Shown in pieces: positions 6,313-6,338 of a stretch of 6,338 nucleotides of DNA. Every line of letters begins with the position of its first letter. The stretch's first letter is position 1. The notes under the pieces were generated by a model, which saw nothing but the letters and a program-made list of their open reading frames with translations, was not told the DNA's origin and made no database searches. A program made the translations under genes and the position numbers. The DNA is from Octopus sinensis. Lineage: Eukaryota. Where the stretch lies: positions 1-6,338 of the forward strand of contig NW_021829263.1 of NCBI RefSeq assembly GCF_006345805.1, written 5' to 3'.

Positions 6313-6338
6313 TTGACATGCACACATACAAAATACAT

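Overview
Non-coding, AT-rich, microsatellite-dense eukaryotic DNA with no credible protein-coding gene; all 11 listed ORFs fall in microsatellites or repeats or lack homology signs. The tRNA-headed SINE families and (TA)/(CA)/(GATA) density resemble an octopus or other coleoid cephalopod genome (my recognition, not database-verified). Three SINE-like families are present: A (94-561 +, a split minus-strand copy at 690-1672, a head stub at 3959), B (2207-2424 +, a minus-strand four-unit array at 4834-5491, an old copy at 5526) and C (6052-6312 -). The most interesting signal is two separate type I hammerhead-ribozyme-like motifs on the + strand (1052-1109 and 3627-3672). Both carry the same non-canonical core CCGATGA in place of CTGATGA, and each sits in a roughly 330-bp cassette bounded by microsatellites. 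The first cassette is inserted inside the (TA)n tract of a SINE. The second contains a 142-nt spacerless palindrome whose five transition mismatches are all G.U-compatible on the ribozyme strand. These look like Penelope-like or retrozyme-type non-autonomous elements; cleavage activity is untested and both cores have extra deviations.
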